NCBI GenBank assembly: GCA_002269645.1 | Contig: NIVC01004175.1 | Coordinates: forward strand, 59,044 to 98,905 | Source of the DNA: Macrostomum lignano | Lineage: Eukaryota | Length of the DNA stretch: 39,862 nucleotides | Direction: 5' to 3' | In this document: one piece after another, positions 21,366-31,001 of the stretch | Numbering within the stretch: the first letter of the stretch is position 1 | Layout: each line of letters opens with the position of its first letter | Made by a program: the position numbers and the translations under genes | Notes under the pieces: model-generated | Seen by the model: only the letters and a program-made list of their open reading frames with translations | What the model was told of the DNA's origin: nothing | Database searches by the model: none

Positions 21366-22580
21366 ATGTTTTAAAGAAAATCGATTGAGTCTTCTTTGAT
21401 CAACAGAAATATTAATGCATTTTATGGCTTTTTTTAATTTAGTTCGTAACAATTTGTTATAATAAATTTTAATCAAGGTAAACACATTCAGATGCTCCTA
21501 TTTTGGTGCGAATTTGTTAATTGCCTACCATCAATGGTTTGCATTTGTGTGCTGGTAAATAAAGTTCAATTGGTTAGTTGTATTTTTGTACCGGAGTCTT
21601 CCAAAATTTATCATTTTTAATCGAAATGCATTAGAATTGTCAGGTTTAAAGTCTCAAAGACGAAGCAGAACTTCGTTTACTTGTATAGAAACTCCCAAAC
21701 TCCTTGGCTATCCCTACTAGTACTACTAACATTTCCCGACCCTGTATTACTACTAGTAGGGTAAAAGTATGAATACTTAGCTATCTGCCCTATCACACAG
21801 TCTTTTTTATCGGCTAAGTTGATGCCTTATGCCACTCTAACAAACTCGGAGTTTTGAGCTCTGCCCTCCCTGCCCGGTCCATCCTGCTCTGTCCTTGGTC
21901 CACCTGCTGGCTCCTCTGGTTGTCTCTCTGCCCTTGTGTCTCGGCTCTCATCCTGACAGTGGATGTTCGTCCCGAATCGGGGATACCGGCTGAGTCCGGG
22001 TCCTCTTGCTCCTTGTGCCCCTTCCCGACCCCTTGGCCTGGCCTCCAATACAGAGCTCTGGATAGGTGACACCCTTGTGGCTTGCAGCCCTATAGGATTT
22101 TGCAGTTGGCCTGATAGGAGACTCGCCCTCGGAAACAAGCCTTCCAGACTCGCTCCAAAACTAAGCCATTTCCGAGACTCTGGGTTTCCCCGCTCTCAGA
22201 CCGCTTATCAGTAGTATCCCAAACATTTTTCAATTCTAATATTCTTTTTTCGCGCACTCCCGGGACTTGTCTGCTGGGTGGTGGCCTGGGTGGACTCGGC
22301 CCTAGCACCGTCTCTGATTCCACTTTTGGCTTGGCGGTGTCTTTAGTCCATAGGCTTGGGCTAGTAGCAACTAACAGCTCCCTCTGGCCCAGACGTCAGG
22401 GTCTTAACCTCTCGGGGTATCTCGGGCTAAATTGTTTCTTTTTAGTAAAGATGCGTACAGATACATCCTGTGCTACTCAAGTCAGTAGTATTTAATAACT
22501 GATTAATCTATTTCTCGCCAATCTAATCTATCTGTTGCAATTCTATGCATGTAAATTGCACTAATAAAGTACAGTTGGCA

Positions 22581-22646
22581 ATGCTCAGACTGTGGAATTG
22601 CGCTTTTGGTCCGCAGCTGTACAGATTCTTTGACGCTGGTGGGACG
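22581..22646 (+). CDS. ABHD16A: ABHD16A (BAT5)-like hydrolase exon 1
   Basis: MLRLWNCAFGPQLYRFF resembles the ABHD16A N-terminus (MAKLLSCVLGPRLYKIY); donor ACG|GTGAGT, phase 0. Confidence 0.75.
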
Positions 22647-22719
22647 GTGAGTGCACCCCCCCCCCCCGGTGCTCCAATGTGCTGCAGCTGTTATTTGCCT
22701 CCGCTTTATCGGCCCTTTG

Positions 22720-23345
22720 AAAATCTGCCTCAGTCCTCGAGAATCTGCCTCTCCGCTGCATCATTTATAGAGAATCTGCCTCTCCTCTCCATCATTTATT
22801 GACAATCTGCCTCTCCGCTGTCTCAGTCCTTGAGAACCTGCCTCTCCGCCGCCTCAGTCCTTGAGAATCTGCCTCTCCACTGCCTCAGTTCTCGAGAATC
22901 TGCCTCTCCGCTGTCTCAGTCCTTGAGAATCTGCCTCTCCGCTGCCTCAGTCCTTGAGAACCTGCCTCTCCGCCGCCTCAGTCCTTGAGAATCTGCCTCT
23001 CCACTGCCTCAGTTCTCGAGAATCTGCCTCTCCGCCGCCTCATTTCTTGAATCCTTGAGAATCTGCCTCTCCACTGCCTCAGTTCTCGAGAATCTGCCTC
23101 TCCACTGCCTCAGTTCTCGAGAATCTGCCTCTCCGCCGCCTCATTCCTTGAGAATCTGCCTCTCCGCTGTCTCAGTCCTTGAGAATCTGCCTCTCCACTG
23201 CCTCAGTTCTCGAGAATCTGCCTCTCCACTGCCTCAGTCCTTGAGAATCTGCCTCTCCACTGCCTCAGTCCTTGAGAATCTGCCTCTCCACTGCCTCAGT
23301 CCTCGAGAATCTGCCTCTCCGCTGTCTCAGTCCTTGAGAATCTGC
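22720..23345. repeat. 31-bp intronic minisatellite GAGAATCTGCCTCTCC(A/G)CTGCCTCAGTCCTT
   Basis: Direct reading; ABHD16A intron 1. Confidence 0.95.
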
Positions 23346-23384
23346 ATCTAATATATAATTGATGTTTATTAACTGACACTGCAG

Positions 23385-23441
23385 AGTCAAGTCTATCAAC
23401 AGAATGTAATGGAATCGGTGCCAAATTATATACTGGGAGCG
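23385..23441 (+). CDS. ABHD16A: ABHD16A exon 2
   Basis: CTGAC...GCAG| acceptor, SQVYQQNVMESVPNYILGA, donor |GTAAGT; 57 nt, phase 0/0. Confidence 0.75.
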
Positions 23442-23522
23442 GTAAGTAGCCATATATTTGTTTGGCATCATATAATAGTCATATTTAGTTGGCTAACCCT
23501 GCCCATTGGCGTACAATTCCAG

Positions 23523-23604
23523 GCGGAGTTCTGCTTCGGCATAGCCAAATACGGCTGGCCATTCTACATGCCTTACGTTGTTAAACGGGTAGTGAGTAGC
23601 ACAG
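23523..23604 (+). CDS. ABHD16A: ABHD16A exon 3 (3' boundary less certain)
   Basis: CCAG| acceptor, AEFCFGIAKYGWPFYMPYVVKR. The donor G|GTAGGA at 23605 is chosen because it gives the phase 1 required by exon 4; a GTGAGT at 23592 would be phase 0. Confidence 0.65.
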
Positions 23605-23723
23605 GTAGGATGAGTTGATTTAATTTAAATGTCTAATTTTCAAGCAAAAAATGCAATCCATCCTACTTATTAGCCGATGAGTAGTCGCGACAGATAATAA
23701 CACTTGCTCTCGTATGCTTACAG

Positions 23724-24142
23724 GTGAAAGAATTCGTATTCGTAGCGTAACTTACGCAGTCTATTCTGCCGGCGTGCTCTGTCTGCTGGCCTGCGCTGTG
23801 CTCATGCGCGGCGTTGGTCGCGTGCTCAATCCCACCTATTCGGAGTTCATCGCCGTACTAAGCCGGGCGCAGCGCAGTCTAAGCACGGAGAACAAGGAGG
23901 CTCTGTCCAGATTTGACTTCGAGTTCTGGGCCTGGCCGGTGGAATTTGACGTGGCTAGCAGTCGGCTGAGGCGACCGCGGCAGCGGCCGGATCGGGACGG
24001 AGACGCCGGTGGCAGAGGCGGCCCATCTGACTGGCTGATGAAGCTGTGCGCTGCCGGACTCGTGCGAACTGTGGGAGTCCGACTGACGTATCCGGGATGC
24101 ACCGGGCTGATGAATGCAGTCACTAGGCCGTTTGTGCAGCAG
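23724..24142 (+). CDS. ABHD16A: ABHD16A exon 4
   Basis: MRGVGRVLNPTYSEFI, ENKEALSRFDFEFWAWPVEF, GVRLTYPG match the family; donor CAG|GTGATT. Confidence 0.88.
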
Positions 24143-24187
24143 GTGATTCTTTAGGGAGGCGATTGCTGCGCGAACTCAGATGAAGGA

Positions 24188-24790
24188 TGAAGGATCTGAG
24201 GGTAGCATAAAAGATCTGAGGGTAGCCTGAAGGATCTGAGGGTAGCCTGAAGGATCTGAGGGTAGTCTAAAGGATCTGAAGGTAGCCTAAAAGATCTGAG
24301 GGTAACCTGAAGGATCTGAGGGTAGCCTGAAGGATCTGAGGGTAGCCTGAAGGATCTGAAGGTAGCCTAAAAGATCTGAGGGTAGCCTGAAGGATCTGAG
24401 GGTAGCCTGAATGATCTGAGGGTAGCCTGAAGGATCTGAGGGTAGCCTGAAGGATCTGAGGGTAGTCTAAAGGATCTGAAGGTAGCCTAAAAGATCTGAG
24501 GGTAACCTGAAGGATCTGAGGGTAGCCTGAAGGATCTGAGGGTAGCCTGAAGGATCTGAAGGTAGCCTAAAAGATCTGAGGGTAGCCTGAAGGATCTGAG
24601 GGTAGCCTGAATGATCTGAGGGTAGCCTGAACGATCTGAGGGTAGCCTGAATGATCTGAGGGTAGCCTGAAGGAGCTGAGGGTAACCTGAAGGATCTGAG
24701 GGTAGCCTGGAGGGTCTGAGGCAACCTGGGGGGTTTTTGACTATGATCTGGAGATTCTGAGGTAGACTGAAAGATTGCCTGAGGGATCTC
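24188..24790. repeat. 20-bp intronic minisatellite AGGATCTGAGGGTAGCCTGA
   Basis: Direct reading; ABHD16A intron 4; decays at the right edge. Confidence 0.97.
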
Positions 24791-24844
24791 CGGCTATCAG
24801 TACAACAATCCCCCACCCTCCTTTACTTGCGCGCCCATCCGCAG

Positions 24845-25090
24845 GCGCGTGCCCGACTCCGCTCCGAGCACGGCGCCGAGCGCTACAAGCTGCGCACCGA
24901 CTCCGGCTACGAAATAGAAGTGTTTTTCGTTGATAAGCGTCGCTCTGGTGGCAGCGGCGACAACGGGTCCACTTTGGTTGTGTGCTGCGAGGGCAATGCG
25001 GCCTATCCTGAAATCGGCGCCACAGGCGTGCCGCTGGATGCTGGATACTCTGTCATCGGCTGGCACCATCCTGGCTTCGGTGGCAGCACT
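24845..25090 (+). CDS. ABHD16A: ABHD16A exon 5
   Basis: EIEVFFVDKR, LVVCCEGNAAYPEIG, PLDAGYSVIGWHHPGFGGST; GCAG| and |GTGAGA, phase 0/0. Confidence 0.92.
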
Positions 25091-25111
25091 GTGAGATATG
25101 CCTATTTATCT

Positions 25112-25293
25112 CTCCTGACAAACCTGACAAGCACCCTCCTGACCAACCTGACAAGCACCCTCCTGACAAGCACCCTCCTGACAAACCTGACAAGCACCCT
25201 CCTGACCAACCTGACAATCACCCTCCTGACCAACCTGACAATCACCCTCCTGACCAACCTGACAAGCACCCTCCTGACAAACCTGACAAGCAC
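25112..25293. repeat. 24-bp intronic minisatellite CCTGACAAGCACCCTCCTGACCAA
   Basis: Direct reading; ABHD16A intron 5. Confidence 0.95.
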
Positions 25294-25295
25294 AG

Positions 25296-25588
25296 GGCCT
25301 GCCCCTGCCGGAGACTGAGCAGGAGTTCATGAGCACTGTGCTGCAGTTCGCCAGCGAGAAGTTGAGCTTCCAGCTGCGGGACACCACCATCCTGGCCTGG
25401 TCGATCGGCGGCTACACGGCCAGCTGGGCTGGGGCCAACTATCCGGAGCTGAAGTACATTATCTTGGACGCCACCTTCGACAATATCGAAGGGCTGGCTG
25501 TGAAGGCTATGCCTCAGTTTGCCAGCGGCCTCGTTCGGGAGTCTGTTCGGCTGGAGATGAATCTCAATAATGCCGAGCTGCTGTGCCG
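25296..25588 (+). CDS. ABHD16A: ABHD16A exon 6 (nucleophile AWSIGG)
   Basis: GLPLPETE, AWSIGGYTASW, ILDATFD, NLNNAELLCR; donor CG|GTGAGA, phase 2. Confidence 0.92.
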
Positions 25589-25670
25589 GTGAGAGTCCAG
25601 TCTGTTTGAGCTTCTGTCAGGAGAATTTGTCACTTGGCCTTTTTTGGGGACATGGAAATCGCCCCCCCCC

Positions 25671-26310
25671 GATCATCCTGACAATGACCCCTGACCATCC
25701 TGACAATGACCCCTGATCATCCTGACAATGACCCCTGACCATCCTGACAATGACCCCTGATCATCCTGACAATGACCCCTGATCATCCTGACAATGACCC
25801 CTGATCATCCTGACAATGACCCCTGATCATCCTGACAATGACCCCTGACTATCCTGACAATGACCCCTGATCATCCTGACAATGACCCCTGACTATCCTG
25901 ACAATGACCCCTGATCATCCTGACAATGACCCCTGACCATCCTGACAATGACACTTGATCATCCTGACAATGACCCCTGACCATCCTGACAATGACCCCT
26001 GATCATCCTGACAATGACCCCTGACCATCCTGACAATGACCCCTGATCATCCTTACCATGACCCCTGATTTTCCTGACAATTGCCTCTGACTTTTCTGAC
26101 AACTGTTCCTGACTATCCTGACAACTGTTCCTGACTATCCTGACAATGGCCCCTGACTATGCTGACAATGACCCCTGATCATCCTGACCATGACCCCTGA
26201 TTTTCCTGTCAATTGTCTCTGACTTTTCTGACAACTGTTCCTGACTATCCTGACAACTGTTCCTGACTATCCTGACAATGGCCCCTGACTATGCTGACAA
26301 TTTCCCCTGA
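25671..26310. repeat. 22-bp intronic minisatellite CCTGACAATGACCCCTGATCAT
   Basis: Direct reading; start of ABHD16A intron 6; diverges to the right. Confidence 0.95.
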
Positions 26311-27563
26311 TCGTCCCTGAAATCTTCCTTTGACTATCGTTAAAACCACTCCTTGATTCCTTAAAGAATTACGCATTAATTCCTCCCAAGGAATTGCCCA
26401 TTATTTCTATTCTAACAGCGCCTCGAACATCCCTGTAAAGAACAGTGCTATTTTTGGCATAATTACCGCTTATTCACTTATTATGAGCTGGCCAACTAGC
26501 GTATCTGCGCCAAAAGTTGCAATGCAACAAACAGATTTGCTGATTCATAGAAAGCTGGCGACACAATTTATTATTGAAACAATTTTCGCATTTTCCAGAA
26601 CCCTGTCTGCACAGTGTGTACTTTGTAAGACTAGCAAGTGCTGTTGGTTCTTGCTATAGACGTACAGATAGAATATCTAGGGTGGCTTAAAGTTTGCAAG
26701 ACATGAAAAAAGCGATCAACTTTCTTAGACACTAAGTCGATTGGATTTCTCCTGTCTAATGCGGGATTTATTCGCGGATAGAGCGTCGGAGCTTAAAAGA
26801 ACATTTGTAGCCGCAGAAAAAAATGCTTTAGTCTCTATAGTATAGAATCCGAAGGAAAAATAAAATTATAACAAAACATGCTGGATGATGGAGACTTTTT
26901 CTAGAGAAAACTTCACAGTGTTCACAGAAAATTCCACAGACACTTGCGATCTTACTTCATCTGCATCTGCATTGGAGTGCATTTGCATAGAGAATCGAGA
27001 TATTAAAACAATTCCGTCGGGAATACAAGTGGAATTTTCCTTTAATCGAGAGTTCAATTTTGAAGAACATTCTCCGAGTCTCATCGAATTATTGTGAATA
27101 AAGATTTGTTTTTCTCTCAATCTCTAAGAATAGGATCCGTGATAAGTGCAACTGCTCGGCATGTTTGGACCATAAATAAGACAAAAGTATAATTTCCATA
27201 GTTAGTATGGCGTTAATTTTCATCGTAGACGAAAAGTCTTCGTCGGCAGTAGGGGCCGAAAGACCATTAAGTCGGTATTTCACGCCCGCCGAGACTGTCT
27301 GTGGTAAATCGTGAATTTAGCGGCCGTCTCACAGGGCCCAAAAACATCGGGGATTAGGGCCATAGACACTAGCAGCAGCAAAGCGGGCATGTCAGTCAGT
27401 GCTAATGATTTAGAGCAGCAGAAGCCAGAGTCTATGGTCATAACCGCTTGGTTTTCTGAATGCTGGAGTAGCCTATCTAGGTTTATAGAGTCTGTACTCA
27501 GAATTTAGTCAATGACAGGAATTTTATTAATAGCAAATGGACTAGCAATCTTGTGCGCCGCGC

Positions 27564-28017
27564 TTATCGGTCCGCAGCAGTTGGCCGATGCTGGCTAGCT
27601 AATCCTCCAAGAGTCTCCTCTTCGTCCGCTTCCTCTTCGTCATCGCAGTTGTAGTCGCTCAATCTAGCTTCATCTGCAGCCTCCAAGCTGTCTGGTTCAT
27701 TGATAGCGTCAGAGTTCGAAGAGCATCTGGCCACTCGCCAGGCGGCCCATCGCAGCCGCTTGTCAGCCGCCAGGAAGAACAAAGGATAGGCTAGGCAGGC
27801 AGCGTAGGCGATCCACTTGGCGTCAGCCAGAGTCCTTGCCGACGGTTGCGCGCCTTCGTCGCAACGGAAATTCAGGCATAGACAGTGAGCCAAACTGCCC
27901 AGCATGTAGGGCGACCAGAACACGGTGGCCACGAAAAATAGGCACAGATTGATGGTGCACGCGGCTCGCTCCTCTTGCAGCATCCGTCGCCAAGAGTTGC
28001 TTCTGGCTTCTTGTCTT
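27564..28017 (-). CDS. Nested 5-HT2-like class A GPCR, exon 4 (TM6-TM7, C-tail)
   Basis: EERAACTINL, VFWSPY, KWIAYAACLAYPLFF, LRWAAWRVARC. Acceptor CACCAG| (phase 2) lies downstream of TACTAAC and a T/C tract; a second in-phase AG lies 12 nt further. AATAAA on the minus strand at 27523-27528. Confidence 0.8.
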
Positions 28018-28476
28018 CTGGTGATTTTGGTTTTATCGACGAAGAAAAACACTGTTAGTAGTAGGAAGAGGGTTAGGTCTGGCTTGGCCTAGCCGGAGGT
28101 TGGGTGGCACAAGCGAACTTGGGTCAGGTGAATATCTGCTGCAGGTGGGGTAAGAATCCACGACCTGGATGAATGATAATCATGTCTCTTGCGGATGATT
28201 TTTTGGGTGTATCCATGACTCGGGATGTCCATAGTGAATCAAGAATAAAAATCAAGAAACCAGGGTTTACTAGAGCTGAAGTGTAAATAAGTTATCCATG
28301 ATACTGACTGAGGCGTCTTCGAGCTGATTCAATCCACTACTTACACTTACAATCCATACAAGGTCATTTGAAGCATGCCCGAAAAGTATCGCGACAAACT
28401 TGTAAAATAATTCTTGCTACTCAGCAGCTCGCCTTGAGACCTTGCCCTAAAATAGTTCCTTCGGTACTAGACTCAC

Positions 28477-29295
28477 CTCTCCCATAGTTCGCCACCGCTG
28501 CTATTGTCGGTCTCCGCCTCAGGCTCTGCTATTCCTGTTGCTGTCATCGCTGGTTCGTTCTGTTGTTGTTGGTGTCCAGTAACCGATGTGTCGGTTAGCG
28601 CTACCGGCGCAGGTTCAAACATTGCCCGACGGCCATGCCTGGGACAGACAGCGCAGTCGCGCGCCAGTCTATGCAGCGCCAGCCTGTCAGTTGTGTAGCT
28701 AATCGGCAGCGAATTCTGGGCGTGCTGATGGCGCCACCAATTGCCGCCAATTTCGCCTCCGAAACTTATGCCGCGGTTGTGCTGCGCCGAATCCAGGGTC
28801 TGGCAGCTTCGACTGCCGACAATTTGACTGTTGCTGGTTGCTGCGCCCGACACTGCGCTCTGCAACGCCTCATCGTGGGCCTCGGGTATTGTTGCCATGC
28901 GGTACATTTCTAAGCAAACGCCGCTACCTCCACTGCTGTCGAGCGTCAGCGCAGCCGCCGTGTCCATCGGGTGCAGCAACAAGGTCTCTGCCGTGCAGTC
29001 CCGCTGCATCTCACTAACGCTTGGCGCGTCATGCTGTTGCATCTGTTGCTGTTGTAGTCGTCGTCTTTGGCTCCACCGCCGGCGTCTCGATGCTTCCGCC
29101 TCCATCAGGCCCGCCGTAGCCGCCTCGGCATTGCCGTCGCTTCGTCGCAAGGCGGCAAATTGGCGAAATGCCAGCAGCAGTAGGACCAGACTGGCCAGGC
29201 CGGGCAGACCGTAGGACATGCAGGCTCGCAGAATGACAAAGTTTGGGTCCCGGTGCAGGCATGCCCCGCCCACTGCGTCGTAGAGCTCCTCGTAT
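28477..29295 (-). CDS. Nested GPCR exon 3 (ECL2, TM5, long ICL3)
   Basis: TTTTTTTAG|A TAC acceptor; GGACLHRDPNFVIL resembles the 5-HT2 ECL2/TM5 (GSCLLADDNFVL); donor AG|GTGAGT. Confidence 0.82.
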
Positions 29296-29359
29296 CTAAA
29301 AAAATGGAGTTATAAAATCTTTATCATTAACCCTCATGTGGTCCGCCAATTCATCTTCC

Positions 29360-30730
29360 GAGTTCGCGCAACCATCCACCCCCCTTGTCAGAGTTCGTGC
29401 AACCATCCACCCCCCTTGTCAGAGTTCGTGCAACAATCCTCTTGAGCCCAGAGTTTGTGCAACAATCCACCGAGTCCAGAGTTCGTGCAACAATCCACCG
29501 AGTCCAGAGTTCGTACAACAATCCTCCTAGTCCAGAGTTCGTACAACGATCCTCCTAGTCCAGAGTTCGTGCAACAATCCTCCGAGTCCAGAGTTTGTGC
29601 AACAATCCACCGAGTCCAGAGTTTGTGCAACAATCCTCCGAGTCCAGAGTTTGTGCAACAATCCTCCGAGTCCAGAGTTTGTGCAACAATCCTCCGAGTC
29701 CAGAGTTTGTGCAACAATCCTCCGAGTCAAGAGTTCGTGCACCATTTCTCTTGAGTCAGGAGTTTGTGCACCATTTCTCTTGAGTCAGGAGTTTGTGCAA
29801 CAATCCTCCGAGTCCAGAGTTTGTGCAACAATCCTCCGAGTCCAGAGTTTGTGCAACAATCCTCCGAGTCTAGAGTTCGTGCACCATTTCTCTTGAGTCA
29901 GGAGTTTGTGCAACAATCCTCCGAGTCCAGAGTTTGTGCAACAATCCTCCGAGTCCAGAGTTTGTGCAACAATCCTCCGAGTCCAGAGTTTGTGCAACAA
30001 TCCTCCGAGTCCAGAGTTTGTGCAACAATCCTCCGAGTCCAGAGTTTGTGCAACAATCCTCCGAGTCTAGAGTTCGTGCACCATTTCTCTTGAGTCAGGA
30101 GTTTGTGCAACAATCCTCCGAGTCCAGAGTTTGTGCAACAATCCTCCGAGTCCAGAGTTTGTGCAACAATCCTCCGAGTCTAGAGTTCGTGCACCATTTC
30201 TCTTGAGTCAGGAGTTTGTGCAACAATCCTCCGAGTCCAGAGTTTGTGCAACAATCCTCCGAGTCCAGAGTTTATGCAACAATCCTCCGAGTCCTGAGTT
30301 TGTGCAACAATCCTCTGAGTCCTGAGTTTGTGCAACAATCCTCTGAGTCCTGAGTTCGTGCAACAATCCTCCGAGTCCAGAGTTTGTGCAACAATCCTCT
30401 GAGTCCTGAGTTCGTGCAACAATCCTCCTAGTCCAGAGTTCGTGCAACAATCCTCCGAGTCCAGAGTTTGTGCAACAATCCTCCGAGTCCAGAGTTTGTG
30501 CAACAATCCTCTGAGTCCTGAGTTCGTGCAACAATCCTCCTAGTCCAGAGTTCGTGCAACAATCCTCCGAGTCCAGAGTTTGTGCAACAATCCTCCGAGT
30601 CCAGAGTTTGTGCAACAATCCTCTGAGTCCAGAGTTCGTGCACCATTTCTCTTGAGTCAGGAGTTTGAAAAACAAACTTCTGAATCCAGAGTTTGTGCAA
30701 AAATCCTCCATGTCAAAGATTTGTGCAACA
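29360..30730. repeat. 28-bp intronic minisatellite GAGTCCAGAGTTTGTGCAACAATCCTCC with interspersed 29-bp variant GAGTCAGGAGTTTGTGCACCATTTCTCTT
   Basis: Direct reading; GPCR intron 2. Confidence 0.96.
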
Positions 30731-30763
30731 ATCTTTTCAGGTTGTGAACGCAATTCCTCGTAC

Positions 30764-31001
30764 TGTTTGCTGACGGCGAACTCAGCAGTAGTCTGGATGA
30801 AGCTCACGCTCCAGGGTGCGCTAATTTTTAAACATGTTGATCCTCTGCCTGTTGAATGTGAGTAGCTCATCGGATAGCGCAGTCTTAGCCAAGTGTCTAT
30901 GGCGCAGCCTAGGCAGTGCAGAAACACCAGGTTGCACAGGAATGTGTCCATGTACAGCCAGACTATGCAGAGCGTGTCCAACAGTGGTTTGTACTTTTCG
31001 C
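30764..31001 (-). CDS. Nested GPCR exon 2 (TM3-TM4)
   Basis: LCIVWLYMDTFLC with Cys3.25 and Asp3.32, IDTWLRLRYPM, LKISAPWSVS; acceptor GGCAG| phase 1; donor CA|GTACGA phase 2. Confidence 0.82.

Noticed and set aside
26885-27097. Small ORF with CICIENRDIKTIPSGI resembling an LRR N-cap
   Set aside because: No following LRR repeats, AT-rich composition, and no convincing splice partners.
28052-28053. CTAACAG as acceptor of the last GPCR exon (AG at 28053-28052, minus strand)
   Set aside because: It gives phase 1, incompatible with the phase 2 donor at 28476, and lies only 2 nt from the branch motif.
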